Shown in pieces: positions 27,790 to 38,227 of a stretch of 64,000 nt of DNA (its first letter is position 1; each line of letters starts with the position of its first letter). The stretch is taken from NCBI GenBank assembly GCA_016783825.1, contig JADHVV010000003.1:45-64044 (forward strand), read 5' to 3'. The stretch comes from Candidatus Zhuqueibacterota bacterium (GTDB taxonomy: Bacteria; Zhuqueibacterota; Zhuqueibacteria; Thermofontimicrobiales; Thermofontimicrobiaceae). The notes beneath the pieces were generated by a model that saw only the letters and a list, made by a program, of their open reading frames with translations, was not told the DNA's origin and did not search any database. The translations under genes were made by a program, and so were the position numbers.

Positions 27790-30305
27790 CTACCTTGAAT
27801 TTTTATTAATTAATTTTAAAACATCCATCACCCACAAATCACTAAAATTTTCTTCCCAGACAAAGTAGATGTATTTACCATCTGTTGTGAGGGCTGTATG
27901 TCTTATGACTCCAGTTTTATCATTAAAATTTGTTAACTGTCGCTCTGTTTTACTTAAAATTGAAAATTCCCAAACATTCCGAGCATTATTGCGTATAGCT
28001 GTAAAATATATTTTCTTTCCATCAGGAGACCAGCGGTGACGACTTGTGATAGTTCCCATTACATCCGTTAGCGGTTCGCCATGGCCTCCTGCTGCAGGTA
28101 TTTTCCAAATGCGGTAATCCCCGGTTCTATCCGAATTAAATGTTATCCATCTACCATCGGGTGACCATTGAGGGATTATATCATTGGCTGGGTTATTCGT
28201 GATTTGACGGGCATCTCCACCATTTATTAAGATAGCCCAGATTTCATTATTTCCACTACGATCAGAATGAAATACTATTTCCGAATCATCTGGTGACCAG
28301 GAGGGGCATACATCCATTCCTGCTTGATTCGTTATTTGTTTTGGCGGACCTCCCTCTAAAGAAATCGTCCAAATATTTTTTACTTCACTCTTTTTTGTAT
28401 ATAACAACTTCTTTTGATCCCTCGAAAAAATAATCCTCCGACATTCCAGACCAGTTGTTGTAATTTGTTGGGGTGTCTCAATTGGAGTACCATCTTCATC
28501 TATACGCTGTAACCAGATATCCATACTTCCTCCTTTGTCAGAGGAAAAATAAATAAATCGACCATCCTGTGACCAACTTGGGCTCCATACTTTTGACTTT
28601 CCATCAGTAATTGGAAAAGAATTATTTTCTGTAAGATCTAAAATATAAAGTTGATTTGTTGGTGAATCCTCATGAAACCCTTTTACAAATGCGATAAATC
28701 GTTCATTTGGAGACCAGTTGATGTCGAATCCTAATTCAACTAATTTAAGAAAATCGAATTTTCTTTTATCCTGGCTTTTCAAATCAATAATTTCGATATA
28801 CTGCTGACCCGATGCCTCAATGATTGTACAAGCAATTTTTTTGCTATTTGAAGCCCATAAAGGTTGGCTTGGTTGCCAGAATAACTTACTGGGAGCTTCT
28901 ATAATTTTGCGGATATCTCCTCCTAATGCTGACATCAGGAAATATCCTCCTCCATCTCGATCAGACCAAAAAGCAATCTGATCACCATTGGGCGACCACG
29001 CTGGTACTCTATCCGAGCCAGGGTGATCTTCTGTCCTATTCACTGAACGCCCTGAAATTATCTGGATTACCCAAATATCCAAATTGCCACTTTGATTTGA
29101 TTCATACGTTACTTCGGTGCCATCAGGTCGCCAGGTTGGATAGTCTTTAGCTCCCTCAGTCGATGTAAACCGAATTGGATTTCCGAGTTTTGGGATCGTA
29201 TAATCCTGTTTATTTTTTAAAAGTAAATAGAATATTCCGGTTGTGAAGATAACTAACAAACTAAGGCTAATAAACTTTCCGGATTTAGTGAATTTTTTTG
29301 TTGGATACTTTAGGCTTTATTAATTCTTTTGTTTCCGACAGCTTGATATGCTCTATTTCCTTTAAATCAGAAATTAAATCCTTGGTGTTTTGATGGCGTC
29401 TGTGGGGATCTTTTTCCAGCAATTTTAACACAATTTGTTCAAACTTTTCTGATACTCCCGGGTTCAGATCTGAAACCGGCTGGGGCTGTTCATTTAAAAT
29501 TGAGTAAACAATAGCTGCCTCATAATCTCCTTTAAAGGGCAAATGTCCGGTAAGAAGTTCATATAATACTACTCCCATAGAAAACAGGTCTGATCTGGCA
29601 TCTACCTCTATTCCCTGAAGCTGTTCCGGGGAGGAATAAGCCAGGGTTCCTATGGTACTGGAAGTTTTGGTAAGTTTAACAGAGCCTTTTAATTTCGCCA
29701 GACCAAAATCCATCACCTTAACCTGACCTTTGGTGTTTACCATAATGTTTTCTGATTTGATGTCGCGGTGGATGATGCCCGCCTGGTGAGCTTCCTGCAA
29801 TGCTTTGGCAATTTCGATGGCATACTCAATGACATGGACTGCGGAAACAGGTACGGCTTCTGAAATAATTTCCCGCAGATTTTTTCCTTCCACGTATTCC
29901 ATAGCGATGAATGGCTGCTTGTCCGCAGTCTTTTTGGCGGGCTCCCCGGCATCCTGAATTTCGTAAATGGTACATACGTTGGGATGGTTCAGCGCCGCTG
30001 CTGCTTTTGCCTCTTGTAAGAAGCGGGCCTTTCCGGTTTCACTTCGGACTAAATGAGGTGGTAGAAATTTAAGTGCTACTAAACGATCCAGTTTGGTGTC
30101 TTGCGCTTTGTAGACTACACCCATCCCGCCTTCGCCTAATTTTTAGATGATTTTTTACCACGTGAGATAATAATATATTGCTATTATAAGTTTGGTCTAT
30201 CTTTTACAAATTTTAAAAATTAAACTTAATATTCAAATCTTTATCTCACGTGGTGAAGTGTGAGATGGTTTTACCAACCTGTCCGCCGTCTTTTTGGTAG
30301 ATCAT
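27790..30305 (-). pseudogene. Ser/Thr protein kinase - TM - TolB-like PD40 beta-propeller protein, disrupted
   Basis: ATG 30305 (MIYQKDGGQVGKTISHF). A 98-nt inverted-repeat insert lies at 30157-30254. In-frame TAA 30143-30145 sits where Glu of IIEKLGEGG is expected. The kinase domain runs 29285-30124. There is a frameshift at the T7 run 29293-29299 before the TM helix and WSPDG-type PD40 repeats. Confidence 0.75.
30157..30254. repeat. 98-nt insert with perfect 14-bp terminal inverted repeats inside the kinase 5' end
   Basis: accacgtgagataa ... ttatctcacgtggt (CACGTG core) flank 70 nt of AT-rich sequence. Confidence 0.55.
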
Positions 30306-30563
30306 ATTTCTACTCAATAAATTCAATTTTTAAATTTCTTGAGTTTGAAACTATTTCAACTTTTACACAGCATCGGTTTCGAGGTAACTAAAATCAAGTT
30401 AATACTTTCTGGCTAAGGCATTACAAAGTGACGCCCTTTCGGAAAAGCCGTTTGAGCAAATTTTATCATATCTTCTTCAGAACAGTGTGTGAGATACTAT
30501 TCTATCAAGAATCATATGAAAATTTTTAGAGGATTGTGAATTTTTAAATTTACAACAGAGCTT

Positions 30564-30670
30564 CCAGGATTATCCATTCCATATAACATTTTGATTATTC
30601 CTGGAATTCTATAGTTTATAATATAGCTTTATAATAATGTTTTATTATTTAAAAGGCAATAGTTTTTTGA
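30564..30670. repeat. about 100-nt dispersed repeat, copy B, upstream of kinase 27790-30305
   Basis: See copy A (22241-22340). On the minus strand it contains TTGCCT-N17-TATGTT, a possible promoter. Confidence 0.5.
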
Positions 30671-30786
30671 AAATTTTAAAAAATATTTATTGTAATTTGC
30701 GTAATTCCATATTTTGCACTTCGAAATACTTTAGATCAATTTACAATAAATGAGGAGTAGCAGATATACGGTTGGACAAAATAAGC

Positions 30787-30825
30787 AAAAAAAAAGCCCC
30801 GTATTATAATTATAGAATACGAGGC
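30787..30825 (-). terminator. intrinsic terminator of the 30859-33640 gene
   Basis: On the minus strand gcctcgtatt...aatacggggc is followed by a 9-nt U-run. Confidence 0.65.
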
Positions 30826-30858
30826 TTTAAATTTCAGTCAGCATTTTCTAATGAGATG

Positions 30859-33640
30859 CTATTTCATCAACATAATTTTATTCGTCTTTGTTACATCACC
30901 AGCTTGCAATCTGACAATATAAACTCCGGACGCTAATGAATTAGCATACCACGTTTTTGTATAAAAACCGGCATTCATTTTTCCATCCAATAATGTCGCT
31001 ATCCTTTTGCCGAGAATATCATAAATTGAAAGATTCACTTTTGAGTCTTTTGCTAACTCAAAAGCTATCGTTGTAGATGGATTAAAAGGATTTGGATAGT
31101 TTTGAAGCAAAGTGTATTGCTTCGGCACGCCTGGTTTTTCAATTGGATTATTAACAGATGCGACAGGCTGACTCTGAAACCAATTTAAGACATCACCAAA
31201 GAAAGTTGCACGATTTTCAGCAGTATCAAAGTAATAGGGATCGAAATAGCAACTGAATGCTTTGGATACGCCATTGTCATAATAAATCGCAGCAGTGTTG
31301 CCAGCAAGCGCGTAAGATTCAGGGCCCATCTGGTAAACAGGCACAGCGCCATCAACCGGGGTGCATCCGTCGCAGTACCAAAGTCCGGAAACATACCATT
31401 TAATGGTTTCAAGATGACAAATATCCTGACCTTCTACAAGATCCAATTGCGACACACCAACACCGTCGTCATCAACTTTTGATTGCACATCGTAGCTGGC
31501 TATGCCAAAGTAATCATACAAAATCTCACCCGGTGCAAATGTATCGGGCGCGCCTTTGTATTTATCATAAATGATATCATTTCCCATTGCCCAGATCATA
31601 CCGCCGTTATCCAGGTAGCTTTTTAGCTCCGTATTCAATGTGTCAGCGCCATTCCAGAAATAACACCCAGCTCCATCATTCGCTGTGTACCAGACGAGCA
31701 GATCAAAACTTTGCATGTATTCTACTGTGGGTGAAGCAGCGCTGTCTTGCGCAGCAAATAATGTATAACTAAAGCCTGCATCTGTAATGGCAGTCTCAAT
31801 GCGACCTAAATGATCCGGGTCTGAATAGTTGTCATCATCCACTAATAAAACAGGCATTGTTTGGGGTTGCAGCGTGCCAACATAAGGAATACGGGCGTAC
31901 ATTAGATAGTGCTCCATGGAAGAATTTGGATTGTATTCTGTCCAGACCACATCGGCGCCACCGTCAAAAACACCTTCAATTGCGCCGCGGACTTTTTTGC
32001 CAATAGTGGGATTAAAAATCGTATTACCGAAACTATTGATATGCGTTACCTGGCTCAATTGCTGTTGCACGTTCCATGTCTGTCCGCCATCAGGTGATGT
32101 GTTGTAGAAAACATTTTTAGCCGTATCGATTTTACCCATCCAGGTGACATAAACACCATAATTGGGATCGATAGCAATATTGGGTCGATCAAGATAGCCG
32201 CCACTGGTATCAATAACAACAGCTTCCTGCCATTCTGCGCCATCGTATTTTGAATACATGATGTGTTTAACTTTTTCATCGTGATACACCATATGAAGAA
32301 CTCCGCTGGGATCGGTGGCTATCGATGGTACGCCCTGCCTGGTGCCGCCTGTGCTTCCCCAGCCAATCGGACTCACATCACTCACTGTGCTTCCTTCAGC
32401 TAAAGTTAACCAGGCAACTCCGAGGTTGCCGTCATCCAAGTGGGTTTGGACATCGTAAGAAGCAATGCCAAAATAATCATAGACCATATCGCCTGCTTGA
32501 AAAACATCCGGGGCGCCGCCATAGCGATCATACATCCAGTCGCTGCCAATGATCCACATTTTTTTATCACCCAAATTAAGATAATCCATAATTGCCTGGT
32601 TATCTCCATCAGCAGCATTCCACAGCGCGTCTAACTTGCCGTCATCCCCGGCAAACCAGATGACGAGGTCATACAACTGCAAGGTGTCCACAGACGGAAT
32701 GTCGGTTGCCATGCCGTCACTGTTGCCGCAGTCAAATACGGAGTAGGGGAGACCAGTCAAATCGAGTGCGTCAGTTATCAAATTTTCATTATTATAACGA
32801 TTGTCATCATCAACCAGCAGAATTTTTGATCCGGTGGTCATACCGAAATAATCCAAAACATCAGCCACCAGTTCATTTTTTTTCTCAACAGGATCGATAT
32901 AATAAAAGTTAAAAAAGAATGAGAGCACTTCCGAGTTATTAGCTAACTTATAGTCAATCGCAGCGCTTTTGTCGTGATGTTGGTATTCTGAATCGCCCAA
33001 TAGATAAACCGATTCAGCGCCGGTAACAGGTGTACAGCCATCGAGATATTTTAATGTTCTTGGCTCGCCATCGTAAACCGGCGTTTGAACTTCAGGTGTG
33101 CTCCAACCTTCACCAGGTTGATAGGTTGACATAAAAATTTCATAGGCATTGGTTTCCGGGTATTTATCTTCCCAGACTGCGAACATTGTGCCATTTTTTC
33201 CGGGGGCAAGATTTACATCCAAATAATTGATCGGCAACTTTTGGAGCAGCCCACAAGCCATTTTCCCAGGTTGAAAACATGGCATGACTTCTATCATCGC
33301 CTCGTTTTTCTTTCCACATTGCATAAATTTTACCGTTTTCATCAGCGACAACGGCAGGTGTTCCGGTTGCGTTGGTAGTGCTTTGGCTCAATTGCGCCGC
33401 TGCATCCCAACTGCTGAAAATTGAATTGTAAGTATAATACCAAACATCCTGGTTGGTATAGCCGGAACCGGGTTCAAATACGACAACCAGATCACCGGCA
33501 GGTGTACGCGCGCAGTTACGTCCGCCAACATAGCGAGTGGCATTGTAATAATCCACTTCACCAATGATTGATGGACTCTCCTGGGCAATAACGATCCCTG
33601 CGATAAAAATTGCAAAGACAATTAGTGTAACTTTTTTCAT
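30859..33640 (-). CDS. large T9SS cargo protein with BNR/Asp-box propeller-like region and two LLVDDDN modules; one frameshift
   Basis: Signal peptide ORF 33164-33640 joins ORF 30859-33351 at the T4 run 33239-33242 (..GLWAAPK|LPINYLDVNLAPG..). SPDGGQTW Asp-box. KILLVDDDN and PVLLVDDDN modules. QNYPNPFNPSTTIAF C-terminal domain. Confidence 0.75.
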
Positions 33641-33726
33641 GATTTTTTCTCCTTTGGTTAGAGTTTAAATTTACTAAATTAAATGGATAACTTACTTCCG
33701 GAAATTTTTTGATCAAAGAAACGAAT

Positions 33727-33854
33727 AGCAGAATAATTATTAGCAGAATAATGATAAGATAAAAATTTGGAAACTGATATTCAGCCAAATAACGGGTTAC
33801 AAAAAGAAAAATAAATAATATAATTTGGCTAAATTTAATTCAAATAATTCTGCT
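33727..33854. repeat. AGCAGAATAAT inverted-repeat module, copy 1
   Basis: agcagaataat at 33727 and 33742 (15-nt spacing). The degenerate partner aataattctgct lies at 33843-33854. About 90 nt upstream of start 33640. Confidence 0.5.
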
Positions 33855-34169
33855 ATCAATTATAAAAATCAACAAAACAGTGTAGTAGTGAATTTAAATA
33901 GAGCATAATAATTCATTGATCGAAGCAATGTTTTGGTGACATATATTTTGCCATCTAATTACAGATTCCTTAATTAAATCAAAAAAAATCCGGCAAAATA
34001 ATGTATAATTAGCTATCACCTCCTTCCATGTCTATATAGTATTACCAGTGAACTCTTTGTTTTTTCCGACAAAAAGAAGTCGGATTTTCAATTTGCCTGT
34101 GCAGTTACCTTATTATTATTAAATGAAACATCCGCCGCGGCGGACGCAAAAGTATCCAAATATACAGCA

Positions 34170-34221
34170 ATTTGGTGGATTGGAAGGGACTAATCACCAA
34201 TAACAATTCACCAGTTACCAA
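34170..34221. repeat. word-built hairpin just downstream of the glnA stop
   Basis: atttggtggattggaaggg vs tcaccaataacaattcaccagttaccaat. The GC hairpin tccgccgcggcgga lies at 34131-34144. Confidence 0.4.
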
Positions 34222-34240
34222 TGCACTTTAGTGCGCTAGG

Positions 34241-35662
34241 TTAAATATCATAAAACCGGGCAACTTCCCAGGGATGCGGAATGCGGCGCATTTCATCAAT
34301 ATCTTTTCTTTTTGCTGCAATCCACTTGTCGATTAAATCTTGTGGAAACACATCGTTTAATAATAAATAGTCGTGATTTGCTTCCAGGTGATTCAATGCG
34401 CTTTCCAGGGAATTTGGAAAAGATTGAATTTTTTTCAATTGCTCCGGAGATAGATCATACAAATTTGTTTCAAAAGGGCCAAAGCCTTCTTTCGTTGGAT
34501 CTATTTTTTGGCGTACGCCATCGATCCCAGCCATAAGCATTGCTGCATAAGCAAGGTAAGGATTACAGGTTGCATCGATGGTACGAAATTCAAATCTTCT
34601 TTCCTGTGGATTGTTTACATAACCCGGGATACGAATAGCAGCCGAACGATTCCCCTCTGCAAAAACAGCTTTTACCGGCGCTTCAAACCCGGGTATGAGT
34701 CGGCGATAGGAGTTTGTTGTTGGATTGGTAAAAGCTAATAATGACGATGAGTGTTTGAGAATTCCACCCAAAAAATTCAGCGCAATTCCGCTGAGTTTGT
34801 ACAATCCGTTGTCATCATGGAAAATATTTTTTCCATTTTTTAACAGGAATTGGTGAACGTGCATTCCATTACCAGCTTCGCCCGGTACCAGTTTTGGCAG
34901 AAAAGAGATGACTTTACCAAATTTTTTTGCCAGACGATGGGAAATATTCTTGGCTAAAACAGTGGCGTCTGCTGCATGTTCAATCGGCATAAACTGAAAC
35001 TCAATTTCAGCTTGTGTACTGCCCACTTCATGATGATGATATTTCACTGGAATTTTTAATTGCCCCAATGTCCTGACAATGGTGTTGCGAATTTCAAAAA
35101 GATGATCGTTGGGATCTGCCCGGTAATAGCCGCGGTTCGTTGCCAGACGATAACTCTCCTCTCCTGTGGCTGGACTGGCTATCTCGCAGCTCTCGATGCC
35201 GTAAGAAACATGTCTGTTCGTCAACTTACTAAATAGCTCGTCCAGCACATTAAATTCCAACTCTATTCCCAACATCACCTGGTCGGCGATATTCTCCTGC
35301 TTTAATGTATCCAACGCCTTTGAAATAATGTGGCGCAAGTCCTGGTTAAAATTTTTTCCTTCCTTTACATCAAATACATGACTGAAAAAATAGAGCGTTT
35401 TGGAATCCACATCCACCGGATCCTTAAATGCAAAAGTAAGGTCAGGGCGGAGGATCATGTCCGATGATGCCACGTTGGCAAATCCTAAATTTGAAGCATC
35501 AAACCCGATTCCATGTTTAACTAATTGTTCTGAAAAATTTTCAGCAGGGATGGTTACGTTGCGCAGACGTCCATCAATGTCGGCGATATAAAAAGAAATG
35601 AATTCGATATTGTTTTCCTGGACATATTCCAGCGCTTGTTTTACAGAAGCAAAATTTTGCAT
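34241..35662 (-). CDS. glnA: glutamine synthetase, type I-like
   Basis: ATG 35662 follows GGAGAG. GS blocks FD.S, HHHEV....Q.EI, NG.H.H.S and the R.P........E.R motif. Confidence 0.88.
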   Translation of the reverse strand: MQNFASVKQALEYVQENNIEFISFYIADIDGRLRNVTIPAENFSEQLVKHGIGFDASNLGFANVASSDMILRPDLTFAFKDPVDVDSKTLYFFSHVFDVKEGKNFNQDLRHIISKALDTLKQENIADQVMLGIELEFNVLDELFSKLTNRHVSYGIESCEIASPATGEESYRLATNRGYYRADPNDHLFEIRNTIVRTLGQLKIPVKYHHHEVGSTQAEIEFQFMPIEHAADATVLAKNISHRLAKKFGKVISFLPKLVPGEAGNGMHVHQFLLKNGKNIFHDDNGLYKLSGIALNFLGGILKHSSSLLAFTNPTTNSYRRLIPGFEAPVKAVFAEGNRSAAIRIPGYVNNPQERRFEFRTIDATCNPYLAYAAMLMAGIDGVRQKIDPTKEGFGPFETNLYDLSPEQLKKIQSFPNSLESALNHLEANHDYLLLNDVFPQDLIDKWIAAKRKDIDEMRRIPHPWEVARFYDI

Positions 35663-35753
35663 TGTTTTTCTCTCCAATGATTAAGGAATATTTATTTGCA
35701 TATTTAGACAGGATTAGTAATTCTGCGATAAAGTTTACATAGTCATTCATGGT

Positions 35754-35847
35754 CGCAGAATTATTTTTAGCAGCCTGTCCGCTTTCTTTTCGGCGGAAAT
35801 AATAAAAAATAGAGCTTTTCATAATTCTGCTGCAAATTATTCTGCGA
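35754..35847. repeat. AGCAGAATAAT inverted-repeat module, copy 2
   Basis: cgcagaattatttttagcag (35754-35773) vs aattctgctgcaaattattctgcga (35823-35847). The inner GC hairpin is gtccgctttcttttcggcgga. Confidence 0.55.
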
Positions 35848-35850
35848 CAA

Positions 35851-37932
35851 TTATTTTAAATACAAAATTTTTATTGAACTCTTCGCACGAACAGTTTTTA
35901 AAACAACGAAGTAAGTTCCTGATGCCGGAACTCGAAAACCGCTAATTGAAAACAATTGATTGAAATCCAGGCGTATCTTATAGCTGCCTGCGCCATGGTA
36001 TTCATTATGAATAAGATGCATGACTAACCGACCGTTAATATCATACAGCTCCAAATCCACAAGACCAGGTTGCTGCAGATAATATTGTACGATGGTTGCA
36101 GCATTAAAAGGATTTGGGTAATTTGTCAGCAACCGAAAATTATTGCTTTGGCTGCCTGTTTTCAATATTTTTATTTTGGTAGTGTTGTCATCAAAATATA
36201 CAGTCGGTAAAAATTGGAATTCATCGCTAGTAATTCGGTATTCACGATTTTTTGATTCCATAGTGACTGTGCTGCCTGAAACAAAAGCAAAACGATATTT
36301 TAACAACTGCTCGATGTTTGAATAATCAAAGCCAATAGTCGCTTCATACACTCCATTTGAATCAGGTCCGCTAAAAGCTTCACTGTTTTGATAACCACTT
36401 AATGGGAGGATATTCCCCCTGACGACGACGTCTCCATCGTTTAAAATGTGATTGGACATGTTTACACGAAAACTAATTTTACGATCCGGACGTACTTTGA
36501 TCGCTTTAACCGGTGACCAGCCCAACCATGCACTGTCGGCAAAAGCCCGGACACGAAAGTAAAATGTCCCTGATTTTGATTCAGGATAAAATAAGTCATT
36601 CACATTCGCTACATAAAATGAATCCTGAATCGTACCATTGAGCGTACTCCATTGACCATTATTTTTTTCGCTGTACTGGAGTTCATACTTATCGGAACTA
36701 ATTCGAAAAGATGTATGCCAGGCTAAAAAAAGTGAATCCTGGGTAAGCAGAAAGGAATCCGCAAATACCGGCACAGGTGTAAAATTTATCACAGCGCCAT
36801 CAATAATCGAGTATCCGCTTGCATTAAAGGAACCTTGCAAATCGTACCAGCCGTTGTTTTTGCCAAGCCAGCCCATATTCATGTGATAATAATTATTTTG
36901 ATCTGCATATCCGTCCACAACTACCGAGTGTCCAAAACCATTGGCTGATGAAATAGCAATTTGAACCGGTCTCTTGTGCTGCATTTCATTTTTTAGCTGC
37001 TGAAAAAATTCTTCCGATGGGGTATCCAAATATTGGGCTTGATAGGCAAAATAATTCGATACGGCTGCCGAAACATCCCGCGTTGATGCAGTCGATCCGG
37101 AGTACTCATAGTCCATTTCCAAACTCACACCGCAATGGAAGCCAAGCAGAGCGACAGCTTCTTTTTGTGCTTGCGTGCTGGCGACACCATGATAGATATC
37201 AAGCATATTTTCCCAGTCATAATATGTTGAGTCGAAATTTGCTGAAATCACACCCGCATCATCTTCATTGTAGATATGTGAAACAATACCGCGTTTTGGC
37301 CAGCGATAGTAGTGAAGGATTTGAGACATCGCCGTTGCCACACAGCCGGTTGACCAATTGTTGGGTGTGTAAAGGTTAAACACGTTTGTCCCATTCACTT
37401 TGCCCTGTCCCCACTTTGAGGTAATAAAGGGCCCCACAATATCCGTCGCTGATTGGGTATGGATATCCGTAAAATCCATATTTAAAAGTGTAAACCATTT
37501 TTGTTGATTGCTCAAAATAGTTGCCGGTGAAATTCGATTTTCTTCCAGCGCCTTGAACCGAATGGTTAAGTCAGCGCGTATCATTTGCAACAACGTATTC
37601 TGATGGATATTTTCAGCGAAAAACCGGGATTCATTTGAGAAAGCCAATACCGGGTTGATGTGGTTATCATTGGAAAGAATAACAAAACCGGTTGGCTCTA
37701 ATTGGTAAACGTAAGCAATCGTTTTTTTATTCGTAAGATTTTGTATCGGAAAAAATAAATCGCTATTTTGTACAAGATGATACTTTTTCCGGATTGCTTT
37801 GAAAATTGTATCATCAGCAAGTAGCCATGTTTCGCCGGCTTTGCGAACAAGTTCCGAGTCAAGCGTTTCGCCTTGAACCAAAGCAACAGTAAGTAACAAA
37901 GAAATGAGAATTATTTGTAAATATTTGATCAT
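35851..37932 (-). CDS. C10-family (streptopain-like) cysteine peptidase, T9SS cargo
   Basis: 693 aa with a signal peptide. TSKWGQG...YTP.....GCVATAMSQILHYY catalytic Cys block. TNYPNPFNAATIVQY C-terminal domain. Confidence 0.85.
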   Translation of the reverse strand: MIKYLQIILISLLLTVALVQGETLDSELVRKAGETWLLADDTIFKAIRKKYHLVQNSDLFFPIQNLTNKKTIAYVYQLEPTGFVILSNDNHINPVLAFSNESRFFAENIHQNTLLQMIRADLTIRFKALEENRISPATILSNQQKWFTLLNMDFTDIHTQSATDIVGPFITSKWGQGKVNGTNVFNLYTPNNWSTGCVATAMSQILHYYRWPKRGIVSHIYNEDDAGVISANFDSTYYDWENMLDIYHGVASTQAQKEAVALLGFHCGVSLEMDYEYSGSTASTRDVSAAVSNYFAYQAQYLDTPSEEFFQQLKNEMQHKRPVQIAISSANGFGHSVVVDGYADQNNYYHMNMGWLGKNNGWYDLQGSFNASGYSIIDGAVINFTPVPVFADSFLLTQDSLFLAWHTSFRISSDKYELQYSEKNNGQWSTLNGTIQDSFYVANVNDLFYPESKSGTFYFRVRAFADSAWLGWSPVKAIKVRPDRKISFRVNMSNHILNDGDVVVRGNILPLSGYQNSEAFSGPDSNGVYEATIGFDYSNIEQLLKYRFAFVSGSTVTMESKNREYRITSDEFQFLPTVYFDDNTTKIKILKTGSQSNNFRLLTNYPNPFNAATIVQYYLQQPGLVDLELYDINGRLVMHLIHNEYHGAGSYKIRLDFNQLFSISGFRVPASGTYFVVLKTVRAKSSIKILYLK

Positions 37933-37981
37933 AATGAAAATTTCAAACCAGTATTATTTCAAGAATTAATGAAATAAAATT

Positions 37982-38208
37982 AGCAGAATAATTTATAGCA
38001 GAATAATTCTACTTTGTCACATTATCATTATTCGTTTGTCATTCCGGTTGAAGCGAAGCGGAATACCGGAATCTCGTTAGAATTTAGCAGGAGATTCCGG
38101 CAAAAAAACGTGCCGGAATGACAATTCTTTGGTAGTTTATCTAATCTGACAAAGTAGAAATAATTAGAACCAAAGTTTTTCATCATTCTGCTAGAAATTA
38201 TTCTGCGA
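37982..38208. repeat. AGCAGAATAAT inverted-repeat module, copy 3 (carries a nested MITE)
   Basis: agcagaataat at 37982 and 37997. The partner cattctgctagaaattattctgcga lies at 38184-38208. Confidence 0.6.
38009..38157. mobile_element. MITE-like nested palindrome, family A copy 2, inside module copy 3
   Basis: Termini are ctactttgtcacat / atctgacaaagtag. The core is gtcattccggttgaagcgaagcggaataccggaatct...gagattccggcaaaaaaacgtgccggaatgac. Confidence 0.55.
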
Positions 38209-38227
38209 TTAAATCTTTAGAACCAAA

